From: Cetorhinus maximus
Lineage: Eukaryota
Assembly (NCBI RefSeq): GCF_964194155.1
Contig: NC_135890.1
Span: forward strand, 107,074,001 to 107,138,000
Direction: 5' to 3'
DNA: 64,000 nt
In this document: positions 51,378-64,000 of the stretch, piece after piece
Layout of the letters: each line of letters begins with the position of its first letter
Position numbering within the stretch: the first letter of the stretch is position 1
Translations under genes and position numbers: made by a program
The notes under the pieces: model-generated
Database searches by the model: none
What the model was told of the DNA's origin: nothing
The model's input: only the letters and a program-made list of their open reading frames with translations

Positions 51378-52753
51378 CTTGTCAAATTGCTGTTAAGAGA
51401 TGAACAGGATGTCAGTGATGGGGACACTTTATATCACGAGTCAATTGCTAAGAATGAATGAAAGAATTTAACACGCAAGACGCATTGTCCCAGGCATTGG
51501 CTGCAAGCGCAGAAGCTGAGGGGTAACTGTTGTGTAAATTTCATCTGCAATAATAGCAACATCTGGCTTCCTACATGATACCTGAATCGCCTAGACACCA
51601 ATCTTCACCAACTCCTCCCTTCCTGCCAGACAAAAAGCACCAGATTCACATATCTGTTCCCCTGATTGCATTTGGCTTTGTCTTTGCTGCTCTATGCTGA
51701 CTTGTTAAAATATTCAGAAACCCCCTGGGATCTGCGTACTGAGCTGCAATGCTAGCATCTGTCTGAAGTAGCCCTCAGTGAGCTGTGTAATGTGGCACAG
51801 TCTGTGTTTGGGTTCATGGGGAGATAAGAACATGGGCTTGGAAATTCTGTGGGTTTCTCTTGATCTTGCACCATAGCTTCAGCAATTCATCAATGGAGTC
51901 TAAGAGAATGGTTGTAAATGAAGGAAAACGACTGTAAGTTTCACCTTCAAATTAAAGGAACCATTTGTATAACTCTCTAAACGAGAAGACAGGGCATCCC
52001 CAGTCCAGTAGTAAAAAAAAGTACCCTATTGTTGAGTAGAATTTTCTCTTTTGATGCCAGTGGTCTATGAATGAAATCTGTACAGTTATGACACACCAAG
52101 CAGCAGAGAGTTATTCTGTACAGAAATGCTTCCTCTCAGATTCAGACTTACATAATGCATTGTATTGAAAAACAAAAACTACTTTGCTGATATTAGATAA
52201 TGAATGTTTAATGCATTAGTTTAAATTTCCATCTTTATAATAGCAGACAAAGGGGTGGCACATAAACATGTTAAGTTGTTATCGCCTTGTATTGTCTTCA
52301 ATAACTCACAGGCTATGCTTTTTAAATTAACCTGACCCAGTTCAGAGAATATTAAGAACTTATTTTAAATGGTGAGTTTCATTCAAAATGACTTATTTTA
52401 AAACCCAGAATTAGAATATTGAAATTTCTAAATAAAAGACAGAATACCTGACAATCTTTGCCGGAAGCACAAGTCCAGGTGAATCAGAAGAAATTTGAAC
52501 TGCAGAATGGGGAGAGATTCACTTCCCTGCACAGTTTGTTTTCTCTGTGTTTCTCCACACCGGCTCTCCAATCTAGTATAAGGGAATAAAATTCTGTGTG
52601 TTTCTTGCTCCATCTCTTCTGTGTTTCCCACCGTTAAACAAGTGAGTGAGTGTCTGGCTCCCTCCTCAGTCCTTTTATTATTATTGCTGGTTTCTGAACG
52701 TCACAGCCTTGTTGCCCTCTAATTGCTTTGAACAAACAAGTGAGACCAGAGCT

Positions 52754-52872
52754 GGTTTCATTTCCCAAAGCCTCCCCTCAGAGTCTGGGAAATAACCTGA
52801 CAGGAGCAGCAGGAATGAACCTTGCTACAGGTAACAGGTACTGAATTCCGAGTTATCTCAGTTTCAGATTCC
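52754..52872 (-). promoter_or_regulatory. Proximal (52754-52765) and distal (52860-52872) ISRE-like motifs of B3
   Basis: Same motifs as B1 and B2. Confidence 0.7.
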
Positions 52873-53067
52873 TATCTGGTGCCACAGTCATAAACAACAA
52901 GAACAGAATCAGCTGAGCGGTGAGTCAGAGGCCTCACTGCCTGTTTGAAGCTGTGGGCAGGGCTTGAACAATACAATGTATAAAGATACAGGGCATCAGA
53001 CCAGTCAGTTTAATTATCTAATGAAAAGAAATTGGCCTCAAATTGCAGGGGTCCTGCTCCACGAGTA

Positions 53068-55408
53068 CAAGTCAAATTTGTGGAATGTCTACTAGATGGC
53101 TTTTTGGAGCAGCTTGTGGTGGAGCCCACGAGGGGACAGGCAATTCTAGATTTAGTGATGTGAAATGAGGCAGATTTGATAAGGGAGCTTAAGGTGAAGG
53201 AGCCCTTAGGAGGAAGTGACAATAATATGATAGAATTTACCCTGCAATTTGAGAGGAAAAAGCTGGAATCAGATGTAACTGTATTACAGTTGAATAAAGG
53301 CAACTACAGAGGCATGAGGGAGGAGCTGGCCAGAATTATCTGGGAGATGAGCCTAGCAGGAATGACAGTGGAACAGCAATGGCAGGAGTTTCTGGGAGAC
53401 ACATCAAAAATTCATCCCTTGGAAGAAGAAGTATACTAAAGGGAGCACGAAGCAACCATGGCTGACAAGGGAAGTCAGGGACAGCATAAAAGCTAAAGAG
53501 AAAGCATACAATGCGGCAAAGAGCAGTGGGAAACCAGGGGATTGGGAAGCCTACAAAGACCAACAGAGGACAACTAAAAAATAAATAAGGAGGGAGAAGA
53601 TTAAATATGAGTGTAAACTGGCCAGTAATATAAAAGAAGATTGCAAGAGTTTTTTTTAGATATATAAAGGGTAAGAGAGAGGCAAAAGTGGACATTGGGC
53701 CACTGGAAAATGATGCTGGAGAAGTAGTAGTGGGGAACAAAGAAATGGCGGAGGAACTGAATAGGTACTTTGCGTCAGTCTTCGCAGTGGAAGACACGAG
53801 CAACATCCCAAACGTTCAAGAGGGTCGGGAGACAGAGGTGAGTATGGTGGCCATTACTAAGGAGAAGCTGCTAGGAAAACTGAAAGGTCTGAAGGTGGAT
53901 AAATCACCCGGGCCAGATGGATTACACCCCAGAGTTCTGAAGGAGATAGCTGAAGAGATAGTGGAGGCGTTAGTGGTGATCTTTCAGGAATCACTTGAGT
54001 CAGGGAGGGTCCCAGAGGACTGGAAAATCGGTAATGTAACCACCCTGTTTAAGAAGGGAGTGAGGCAAAAGACGAGAAATTACAGGCCGATTAGCCTGAC
54101 CTCGGTCATTGGTAAGATTTTAGAGTCCATTATTAAGGATGAGATTTCAGAATACTTGGAAGTGCATGGTAAAATAGGGCAAAGTCAGCATGGTTTCATG
54201 AAGGGGATGTCATGCCTGACAAATCTGTTCCAGAAGGCCTTTGACAAGGTGCCGCACAGGAGGCTGCTCAGTAAGATAAGAGGCCATGGTGTTAGAGGCA
54301 AGGTACTAGCATGGATAGAAGATTGGCTGTCTAGCAGGAGGCAGAGAGTGGTGATAAGGGGATTCTTCTCAGGATGGCGGCCGGTGACCAGTGGAGTTCT
54401 GCAGGGGTCAGTGTTGGGCCCACAACTTTTCACTTTATACTTTAATGATCTTGATGAAGGAACTGAGGGCATCCTGGCTAAGTTTGCAGATGATACAAAG
54501 ATAGGTGGAGGGACAGGTAGTATTGAGGAGGCGGGGAGGCTGCAGAAGGATTTGGACAGGTTAGGAGAATGGGCAAAGAAGTGGCAGATGGAATACAATG
54601 TGGGCAAGTGTGAGGTCATGCACTTTGGTAGGAAGAATAGAAGTATAGACTATTTTCTAATTGGGGAGAGAATTCAGAATTCTGGAGTGCAAAGGGATTT
54701 GGGAGTCCTAGTCCAGGATTCTCTTAAGATTAACTTGCAGGTTGAGTAGGTAGTTAGGAAGGCAAATGCAATGTTGTCATTTATTTCGAGTGGACTAGAA
54801 TATAAAAGCAGGGATGTGCTGCTGAGTCTTCATAAGGCTCTGCTCAGACCACATTTCGAATATTGTGAGCAATTTTGGGCCCCGAATCTCAGGAAGGATG
54901 TTCTGGCCCTGGAGAGGGTCCAGAGGAAGTTCAGGATCACGATCCCAGGAATGAAAGGCTTAACATATGCGGAACGTTTGAGGGCTCTGGGTCTATACTC
55001 AATGGAGTTTAGAAGGATGAGGGGGGATCTGATTGAAACTTCCAAAATACCTGAAGGCCTGGATACAGTGGACATGGGGAAGATGTTTCCATTAGTCGGA
55101 GAGACTAGGACCCGAAGGCACAGCCTCAGAGTAAAGGGAGGACCTTTTGGAAGAGAGATGAGGAGAAACTTCTTTAGCCAGAGAGTGGTGACTCTATGGA
55201 ATTCATTGCTACAGAAGGCTGTGGAGGCCAGGTCAGTGAGTGAACTTAAAACTGAGAGAGATAGGTTCTTGATTGGTAAGGGGATCAAAGGTTATGGATA
55301 GTAGGCGGGAGAATGGGGTTGAGAATCTTATCAGCTATGACTGAATGGTGCAGCAGACTCGATGGGCCGAATGGCCTAATTTCTGCTCCTATGTCTTATA
55401 GTCTCATG
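53068..55408 (+). mobile_element. CR1-clade LINE, unit 3 copy (same 69-bp deletion plus a stop at ~54747)
   Basis: Split ORFs 53688-54749 and 54771-55301. Confidence 0.92.
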
Positions 55409-58400
55409 GTCTTAGGTAGAGGAAAACCCCTTTCCCTTTCCAATCACAAGGCCAAGGGGTTAATGTCACTTCGATGTCATGGTGGATGCTCAGAAACTGT
55501 AAGAGTACTTTAGTGGACAGATCCATCCTAATCTTTGCTTTGTTTATAACATCTGAAATCCCTCTGTGACTATTCTCACATGATCCTTTTTGCTGCTACT
55601 GTGGACCTGTGCTTCTATGCCTCCCGTGTTCCTTTGCTGCCCCAGGTAAGAAGTACAAGGTTTGTGACATGTAAACCATCTCCACCAATCAATACATTTT
55701 GACTGTCTTTTTCTAAAAGAAAACTTAATACTTTGTCAAATCCCACATGTGCACACCCCGGTTGAATTACAATTCATCCTCAGACCCTTCCTCTAGCATC
55801 GACATGGTGCATCCTGTGTGACTTCAGCCAAGTTAGATACAGGCTGTCCAGATCAGTGTTGGAAATTTTTGTCCAGCTTTGCCTTAAAACTGATCCTCCA
55901 GCTGAACACCACTCCACTACTCGTGTTTTGATGGAGGTTCCAACCTGTATCTTACCCTCTCCTCCTCCAACAATGGAAACAGCAGCAGAGCCATATCACA
56001 GCCGTAATACAGCCATGCCACAGCCATATCACGGCAATATCGGAGCCATCTCACAGCCGTACCATTGTCATATCACAGCCATATCACAGTGATACCTCCT
56101 CCGGATGTTCCCAGCATCACTGATACCAGTCTTCAGCCAATTGAATTCACTCCACGTGATATGGAGAAATGGCTGAAGGCACTGGACACTGCAAAGAGTA
56201 GGGGCTCTGATAATATCCTGACAATAGTAATGAAGACTTATGCTCTAGGACTTGCTGTGCCCCTATCCAAGCTGTTCCGGTACAGCTACAACAGTGGCAT
56301 GCACCCGGCAATGTGTAAAATTGCCCAGGTATGTCCTGTAAACAAAATACAGGTCAAAACCAACTGGGCATATGACCGCCCCATCAGTCTACTCTTGATC
56401 ATCAGCAAAGTGATGGAATGGGTCATCAACAGTGCTATCATGTGGCACTTGATTAGCAATAACCTGCTCACTGACACCCAGTTTGGGTTTGGCCAGAATC
56501 AGTCAGCTCCTGACATCATTACAGCCTTGGGTCAAACATGGACAAAAGGATTGAAGAGAAGAGATGAGGTGAGACTCACTGCCCTTGACATCAGTGAAGC
56601 ATTTGATTGAGTGTGGCATCAAGGACCCTTAGCAAAACTGGAGTCAATGGGAATCAGGGGGAAAGCCCTCTGCTGGTTAGAATCATACCTAGCACAAAGG
56701 AAGATGGTTGTGGTTATTGGAGGTCAATCATCTCAATTCCAGTACATCACTGCAGGAGTTTCTCAGGGTAGTTCCTAGGCCCAAACATCTTCAGCTGCTT
56801 TATCAATGACCTTCCTTCCATCATAAGGTCAGGCGTGGGGATGTTCGCTGACGATTTCACAATGTTCAACACCACTCGTGATTCCTCAGATACAGAAGCA
56901 GTCCATGTCCAAATGCAGCAAGACCTGGACTATATTCAGGGTTGGACTGACAAGTGCAAGTAACATTCACACCACACAAATGCCAGGAAATGACCATCTC
57001 TAACAAGAGAAAAAGTAACCATCGCCCCTTGACATTCAATGGCATTATCATCGCTGAATCCCCAACTATCAATATCCTGGGGGTTACCATTGACCAGAAA
57101 CTGAACTGGATTAGTCATATCAATACTGTGGCTATAAGAGCAGGTCAGGGGCTAGGAATTTTGTGGAGAGTAACTCGCTTCCTGACTCCGCAAAGCCTGT
57201 CCACCATCTACAAGGCACAAACCGGGAGTGTGATGGAATGCTAATCACATGCCTGGATGAGTGCAGCTCCAACAACACTCAAGAAGCTTTACGCCATCCA
57301 GGACAAAGCAGCCAGCTTGATTGGCACCCCATCCACAAATATTCACTCCCTCCACCACTGATGCACAGTGGCAGCAGTGTGTACCACATAGAAGATGCAC
57401 TGCAGGAACTCACCAAGCCTCCTTACACAACACCTTCCAAACTCACGACCAATACCATCAAGCAGCAGAAACATGGGAACAGCAGCACCTGGATGTTCCG
57501 CTCCAAGCCACTCACTATCCAGACTTGGTCATATATCGCTGTTCCTTCACTATTGGTGGCTCAAAATCCTGGAACTCCTTCCCTAACAGCACTGTGGGTG
57601 TAACTACACCACATGGATTTCAGCAGTTCAAGAAGGCAGCTCACCACCACCTTCTCTAGGACAATTAGGGATGGGCAATAAATGCTGGACTATCCAGCAA
57701 CACCCATATCCCATAAGTGATAAAAAGAAAACCACAGCCATATCACAGCCACACCACAGCGGTATCACAGGCAGACCACATTGCCAGCACCGACAGCCAT
57801 GAAGGCAAATTGGAGTTATAGTTCTTTAAAGTACACTGTTGGGCTCCTCACTGTAACATAATCTTTAGCTCCTCTTGTTTACAACTACGATCACCATCAG
57901 GTCCACATGGGATATGTTTGGTCCAGAAGATGGGAGTCTCCTTCGCTTGGTCCGTTGTCTGTCTCGGGATGGTGGGGTCTGATACACACTTTGCCTAAGG
58001 GACTACCCTTTTTGCTGACTCTGCTGGGACATCAACCCCCTAAGGAATATATAGTTTCCTGGATGGAATTTACCTTGCCATTTGGACCGACATAACTGGA
58101 TATAATTATCAGGTGGGCTCATCAGCATTATTCTTACTAAGATAAAAGCAAAATACTGCGCATGCTGGAACCTGAAAGAAAACCAAAAACTGCTGGAGAA
58201 ACTCAGCAGGTCAGACAGCATCTGTGGAGAGAAAAAGCCAACGTATCGAGTCCAAATGACACTTCATCTTCAGTTCTGAAGAAGAGTCATCTGGATTCGA
58301 AACATTGGCCCTTTCTCTCCACTGATGCTGTCAGACCTGTTGAGGTTTTCCTGCAGTTTTGGTTTTTGTATCATTATTCTAACGTTGTCTCCTGGGTTGT

Positions 58401-61400
58401 TTACTCACACATTTTTCTATTCACCACTCTCCCCAATTTGTCTCAAAGTGACAAATGAGGAATGTCTAAGGGCAGAGTAGTTTCAGACTCTGACATAAGT
58501 ATTTTCCATTGAAACTCTCTGATTAAACATATTGCATTTCCTTCCTTCATTCATCATACTTATTGCCTTCGTTCCAACTGTTTGGATAGCCACCTTTAAT
58601 CGCTCCATGGTTTTTCCACACGTGTACCCTCCCTGACTCCCCAGGAATCACTTGGGGTTTGTTAAATGCGATATCGTGGTCACTAAAGTTGGACCAATCA
58701 AAGAAATCGCTTTTCTAACCTGGATTGCCAAAATACACTGGTTGACCTCTTCCAGAATATGGATGGCTATTAACAGGTGGCTGATCTTTAATGTTTGGGC
58801 CCATATCTTCGACTGACCGTCAATCCAGATTTTTCTGAAAAATAAAACAAAATACACCAACCTCTGCGGGCGAAACTTTTCTTTTGGACACAGGTGAGTA
58901 GTTAAGGGTTAACAAAATTGCCTTTCTCTTCTGTGGCCTCTATTAACCCTATCAATTCTGCATAGGAGTGAATCAGCTGAACCCTCTCCCTTTGAGCGCT
59001 GCCTTTGTAACGCATACCTCTGCTGGCATTTAGCCTTCCTGGGCAGGGCTGGCTCCCAGATTCAACTCCTCCTCTAGCATGCCCTCGGAGGTGGTACTTC
59101 TGGATCTCATTATTGGGTCTGTGGGCCTGATGCTGGCTGCTTTTCCTTTCTGCAAATGTTCCCCCTTAAATAGTTTCACCTGATTAATATGAAACCATGT
59201 ATACCACTTCGTAAGTTGGACAGCATACACCATTGGGCTGGCTTTATCCACAATGCTGTATGGCCCCTTGCATAGAGATTCAAACAGACCAACACTCGCA
59301 TCATTTCATGCCTTAACCTGCTGACCTATATCCCACTCTTGTGGTTTGGCTTTTTCTAGGAGCAATTTATTAACACAATGCGCCCTCCCTATGTTCCTTG
59401 CAGCCTCATCGTGGAGGCCTTGCAAGGCCACAGAAGATCAACTGGTTCAATATAATTAATATAATTAAACTGTGGAAATTATGGGCCGGTGATCTGGGCT
59501 GGTGTGATTCTTCAATATTGTCCATAGGTGTCTCATTCATAGCTGATTGTCCCATCACCACTTGTTAGGGTAAATGACCATAACCTGACTTTAAATATGG
59601 ATCCCGGATGTAATGCAAGGAAAGCCACGGACAATTCAGACAGATAGAAACACACATTCCAATTTAAAATAAAGTTTTACTTTCAAATCACATCGAATAT
59701 TTTGGCAGAAACAACATACAGGCCTGATATCCTTTGCTCTTGTAAAACACTAAGCACCCAGAATAAAGCATTCCAATGTTAAACACTTACAATTCTCCAA
59801 GAACACTTTAAGGCTAAAAGGAATTACCTGTAAAAGTTATTTTAAAATGAAGAAGGCAGGCAATCATTGTTGATCTTTATATGGGGAATATTTGGCATGT
59901 CCCCTCCTATACAGTGAAACATTTTTGGAATTGCCCCATCAGCCATCTTATGGTCCCTGTGAGTCAGGAGGTGAATTAGTACCGAATGAGAGATGAGCTT
60001 GGAGCTGTGTACTCATTAGGATCTCAACCAATATTAGTTTCACTCTTCAGAAGAATCTTTAAGGTTAACAGAACATGCTTTTGACCAATGATCAACCAGG
60101 GTTGATGTAAAATGGTTCTGTACATCCTGGCACCGGCAACAAGAGAATCCAAGTGACCCAGTGCACTGGGACTTTTGAAGATGATGATAATTTCCTGCTT
60201 CTGCCCCTTCTCATCACCCCCATCCTACTATCTGGCATGAAATGCAAACTGCAGATGGTGTAACCATGGACCTCTTGCTTCCCACCCTTGCCCCTTCTTC
60301 ACCTAACCTTCCACTTCTGATTTTGTGATTTCTGATACCCTAGAACTGCCCACTTACACAGGCACAGCAGCCCAAGGAGCAAGAGAGAGAGCAGCAGCCA
60401 CAGCACTGATGAAGAGGTTCTATCCACTTAACTTGGTGCTCAGATACTGCCACTGTGCGCACCTTTTAGAGGCCACTACAGATTTAGATCAGCTTGTGGT
60501 GACTCACCAGGTATGAGTGGCCTGCAAACAGGCCAGGGGCAAAGGATGGTTTGTTTGTCAGCTTACTGGAGGGTGAGGTCACAGACAAGTGTTACTGCAG
60601 TGGACTTGGTGAGGATCTCGATGGGACAGCATACAGGAGAATACTAAGGGGCATGCACACTGAGGTACTTGGTTCATTGGCTGGTCTGGAGCAGGAGCAC
60701 AGCCTTCCTATCACTGTCAGGGAACATGGAGGGGTCTGACACCAAGTTGGCATAGTTTATGGTGCAAAGCTTGCCCTATCCGCAGCCACTACTCCATCTC
60801 TATCTCACGTTGCAGACCCAGGGGCACTGGCACAGAATCACAGAATTATTACGGTGTAGAAGGAGGCCATTTGGCCCATCGTGTCTGCACCGGCTCTCTG
60901 AGCATTTTAACTTAGTGCCAATCTCCTGCCTTTTCCCTGTAACCCTGCACGTTGTTTCTATTTAAATAATCATCCAATGCCCTCTTGAATGACTTAATCG
61001 AACCTGCCTCACCACTCTTCCAGGCAGTGCATTTATTGCGTGAAGAAGTTTATTCTCACCTCACATGTGCTTCTTTTGCAAATCACTTTAAAACTGTGCC
61101 CTCTGGTTCTCGATCCGTTAAGAAGAGGGAACAGTTTCTCCCCATCTACTCTGTCCAGTCCCCTCATGATTTTGAAAATATCTATCAAATCTCGTCTCAG
61201 CCTTCTCCTCTCTAAGGAAAACAGTCCCAACTTCTCCAGTCTTTCCTCATAACTGAAGTGTCTCATCCCTGGAACCATTCCCGGTGCCTTATCAATTTTA
61301 AGTACCGACAGCTTATCCAATATCTCCTCCTTATCAATTTTAAACCCTTATCGTGACTGGGTTTCCTTCTCTGTCACTATGGTCTGGGCAACATCTGCCT

Positions 61401-64000
61401 CGTAGGTAAAGACAGATACAAAGTACTCATTTAACAGCTCAGCCATGCCTCTTCCCTCGATCTGTAAATGCCCTTTTTGATCCCTCAGTGGCCCTACTCC
61501 TCCTTTTACCACCCTTTTACTCTTGGTGTGTTTATAGAATACTTAGGGATTTCCTTTTAGTTAGCTGCCAGTCTTTTTTCATAATCCCTCTTTGCTTCTC
61601 ATATTTGCTTTTTCACATCCCTTCTGAACCTTCTGTATTCAGCTTGGTTCTCAGTTGTATTTGCTACCCGATACCTGTCGTAAGCACACTTTTTCTTCTT
61701 TAACTTAATTTCTATTTCCTTTGTCATCCAGAGAGCTCTGGAATTGTTTGTCCTACCCTTCCATTTTGAGGGAACATGCCTTGACTGTGCACAAACCATC
61801 TCCTCTTTGAAGGTAGCCCATTGTTCAGCTCCTGTTTTTCCCACCAACTTTTGGGTCAGCCTTTCTGGTCCAGCTCTGTTCTTGCCCCATTGAAGTCCGT
61901 TCTCTGTCAGTTGATTATTCTTACTCTGGTTTGACCAATGTCATTTTCCACCGTCATCCTAAACCTTATGATACAATGATCACTGTTCCTTAAATGTTCC
62001 CCCACTGTCACTTGATCTACTTGGCCCACCTCGTTCCCAAGAACGAGGTCTAGCAGTGCCTCCTTTCTTGTTGGACTGGACACTTACTGCTGTAGGAAAT
62101 TCTCCTGAACACAACCTAGGAACGCTTGTCTCTCACTGTCCCTTTCACTACCACTATCCCAGTCTATATACGGGTAACTAAAGTCCCCCGTTATAACTAC
62201 TCTACAATGTTTACACCTCTCTGTAATTTCCTTGCAGATTTGTTCCTCTATATCCTTCCCACTAGCTGGTGGTCTGTATATTACTCCAAGCAATGTAATT
62301 GCACCTTTCTTATTCCTTAGCTCTAGCCAAATCGATTCCGTCCTTGATCCCTCTGACACATCCTCTTTCTCCAGTACTTCATAGTCTCCTTAACCAAAAA
62401 TCCTCCTCCTTTGTTCTCTTTTCTATCTTTTCTGAACACCTTCTAATCAGGAATATTTAACACCCAGATCTGCCCTTTCTTAAGTCAGGTCTCCATTATC
62501 GCCACAACATCATAATCCCACAAGACAAGCGTTGCTGTAAATCCCTAATTTTATTAATTATGTGCCATGCATTCACATATGTGCAGTGTAACCCTGATTT
62601 AGTCTCCATTGCTTGCTCCTTTAATCTGACACCATCTATTAATTTAGTATTCTCTTTGTCTTTTCTTAATTTTATTAACATGGAGAAAGGGTAATCCTTT
62701 CATTTGTAAATTTAAACAGTATTTGCCATAACTGGCACTGCTGTCCCCATACCTGTTGCAGCCTTTGTGTGGACAGGGCACCAAATCCTCCGTCTTCCCT
62801 GTCAGAATACAACAATACTCTGGAAAATCCAAGAATCCCAGAAACACTCCAGAGTACCTTCAAGACACTTTACAAATGCAGAAGTTCCTCATGTTAGCTT
62901 ACCTGCAACTTGGGTGTTTGGCCCTTCAAAGAATGCGAGTGCTAGACCCATCTTGTACGTCTGCACCTGATGTTTGCAGGCTGCTGTATGAATCTGTTGT
63001 CTGGGCCTGAGTGAACCAAATTCAATATCCCTGTTGTCACATCAGTAGTTGGACTGGGTGACAACAGGACAGCGTCGATTCACAGCTCACATGTAGGGGA
63101 AACCCTGGGTGTGCTCTTTTACGAATGGAACTCCGTACAGGAAGCAGCCGCAGCCAAATGGTATATGGCATGACTAAAATGAATTCTATGCTCTTTGTGT
63201 TTGATGTCTCTTGATTAGGCTCCTTGACATTGTCAGCAGCTGCCTCAATGCACTGAGGCTAAACTCAATCTGGTCCCTAATGAGTCCTCAGTGTATCAAT
63301 CAGAGTTATTTCCTTAAAACTCTTGGTTCGGTTAAATCAAAGGAAAATGGTTTCAGATTTTGATCCCTGATGTAACATACATAGATTCACGGACAATTCA
63401 CATTTACAAATTTTCACAAGGCAGAAACAACACAACAGCATTTAGATTTGTATCCAAAGAAACAACTTTATTTTCAAGTAACGTTGCACATTTCAATAAA
63501 ATGAACAGCCCGGGCACATAAATTCTGTTATTACAAAAGACTAAGCACACTGACTAAAGCACTTATATATTGGACATCGACATCTACTCACATAAAGTAA
63601 GGCTAAAGGAATACTTGCAGAACATTTAGCATCATTGTTCATTATATACAGTTATTTTGGGTAAATTTCAGTGTATCACAAAAAGCGTCCTATTTCTCCA
63701 TTTCTCATACCAACCACCTTGTGCCACACCCGAGTGGGAATAGAACCGAAAAGAATAATCCTCATGCTGTGAGCGCACGTGCATTAGGTTAACACTGACA
63801 CTCACACAACCTATTTCATAGAGGATATCCACAGACAGCAGGCTTGAGGGAGGTTGGGCCTAATCTGAATTTAGGTCCCAAAGGAAATTGCTTAGTAATC
63901 TTTGGCCTCATGTATAAAATAAAAATATGTTTCCATTCCTTCTTTGAAGGATACCCTCTGCTGCTTTGTCTGACACATTCCGTGTGGGCTATGAGTGCAG

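Larger units (their letters stand above)
42794..64000. repeat. Tandem segmental duplication unit 3 (runs off the window end)
   Basis: Colinear copy. Base 64000 corresponds to ~42612 of unit 2. Confidence 0.97.

Noticed and set aside
21727-64000. Units 2 and 3 as uncollapsed haplotypes or assembly duplication
   Set aside because: Many SNPs and private indels distinguish all three units, so real paralogy is more likely. Read-level confirmation is still needed.

Overview
Eukaryotic DNA with no prokaryotic features. A shark or other cartilaginous fish is inferred from the LINE/SINE/Penelope-like repeat content. The whole window is three head-to-tail copies of a ~21.1-21.7 kb unit (1-21726, 21727-42793, 42794->64000). 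Each unit carries two minus-strand genes for a 155-aa di-ubiquitin-like protein ending in LRLRGG-stop (ISG15-like paralogs 'A' and 'B'), so there are six intact ORFs in alternating A-B order. The 3' flank of a probable seventh gene lies at the right edge. Each gene has an inferred non-coding exon 1, a 5'UTR intron, an AATAAAA TATA-like box and ISRE/IRF motifs. Poly(A) signals are visible for all but A1, whose 3' end is outside the window. The rest of each unit is co-duplicated, decayed CR1-like LINEs, SINEs, an LTR-retroelement protease/integrase relic and a palindromic Penelope-like insert. Main points of interest: (1) A and B differ strongly in the N-terminal UBL but are nearly identical in the C-terminal UBL, which is ~59% identical to ubiquitin; (2) copy-to-copy changes are mostly non-synonymous; (3) there are copy-specific regulatory lesions (loss of a distal ISRE, a uORF, a weakened donor, a 3'UTR deletion); (4) the units show a mosaic recombination/gene-conversion history. 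All counts are by hand, and no database search was run.
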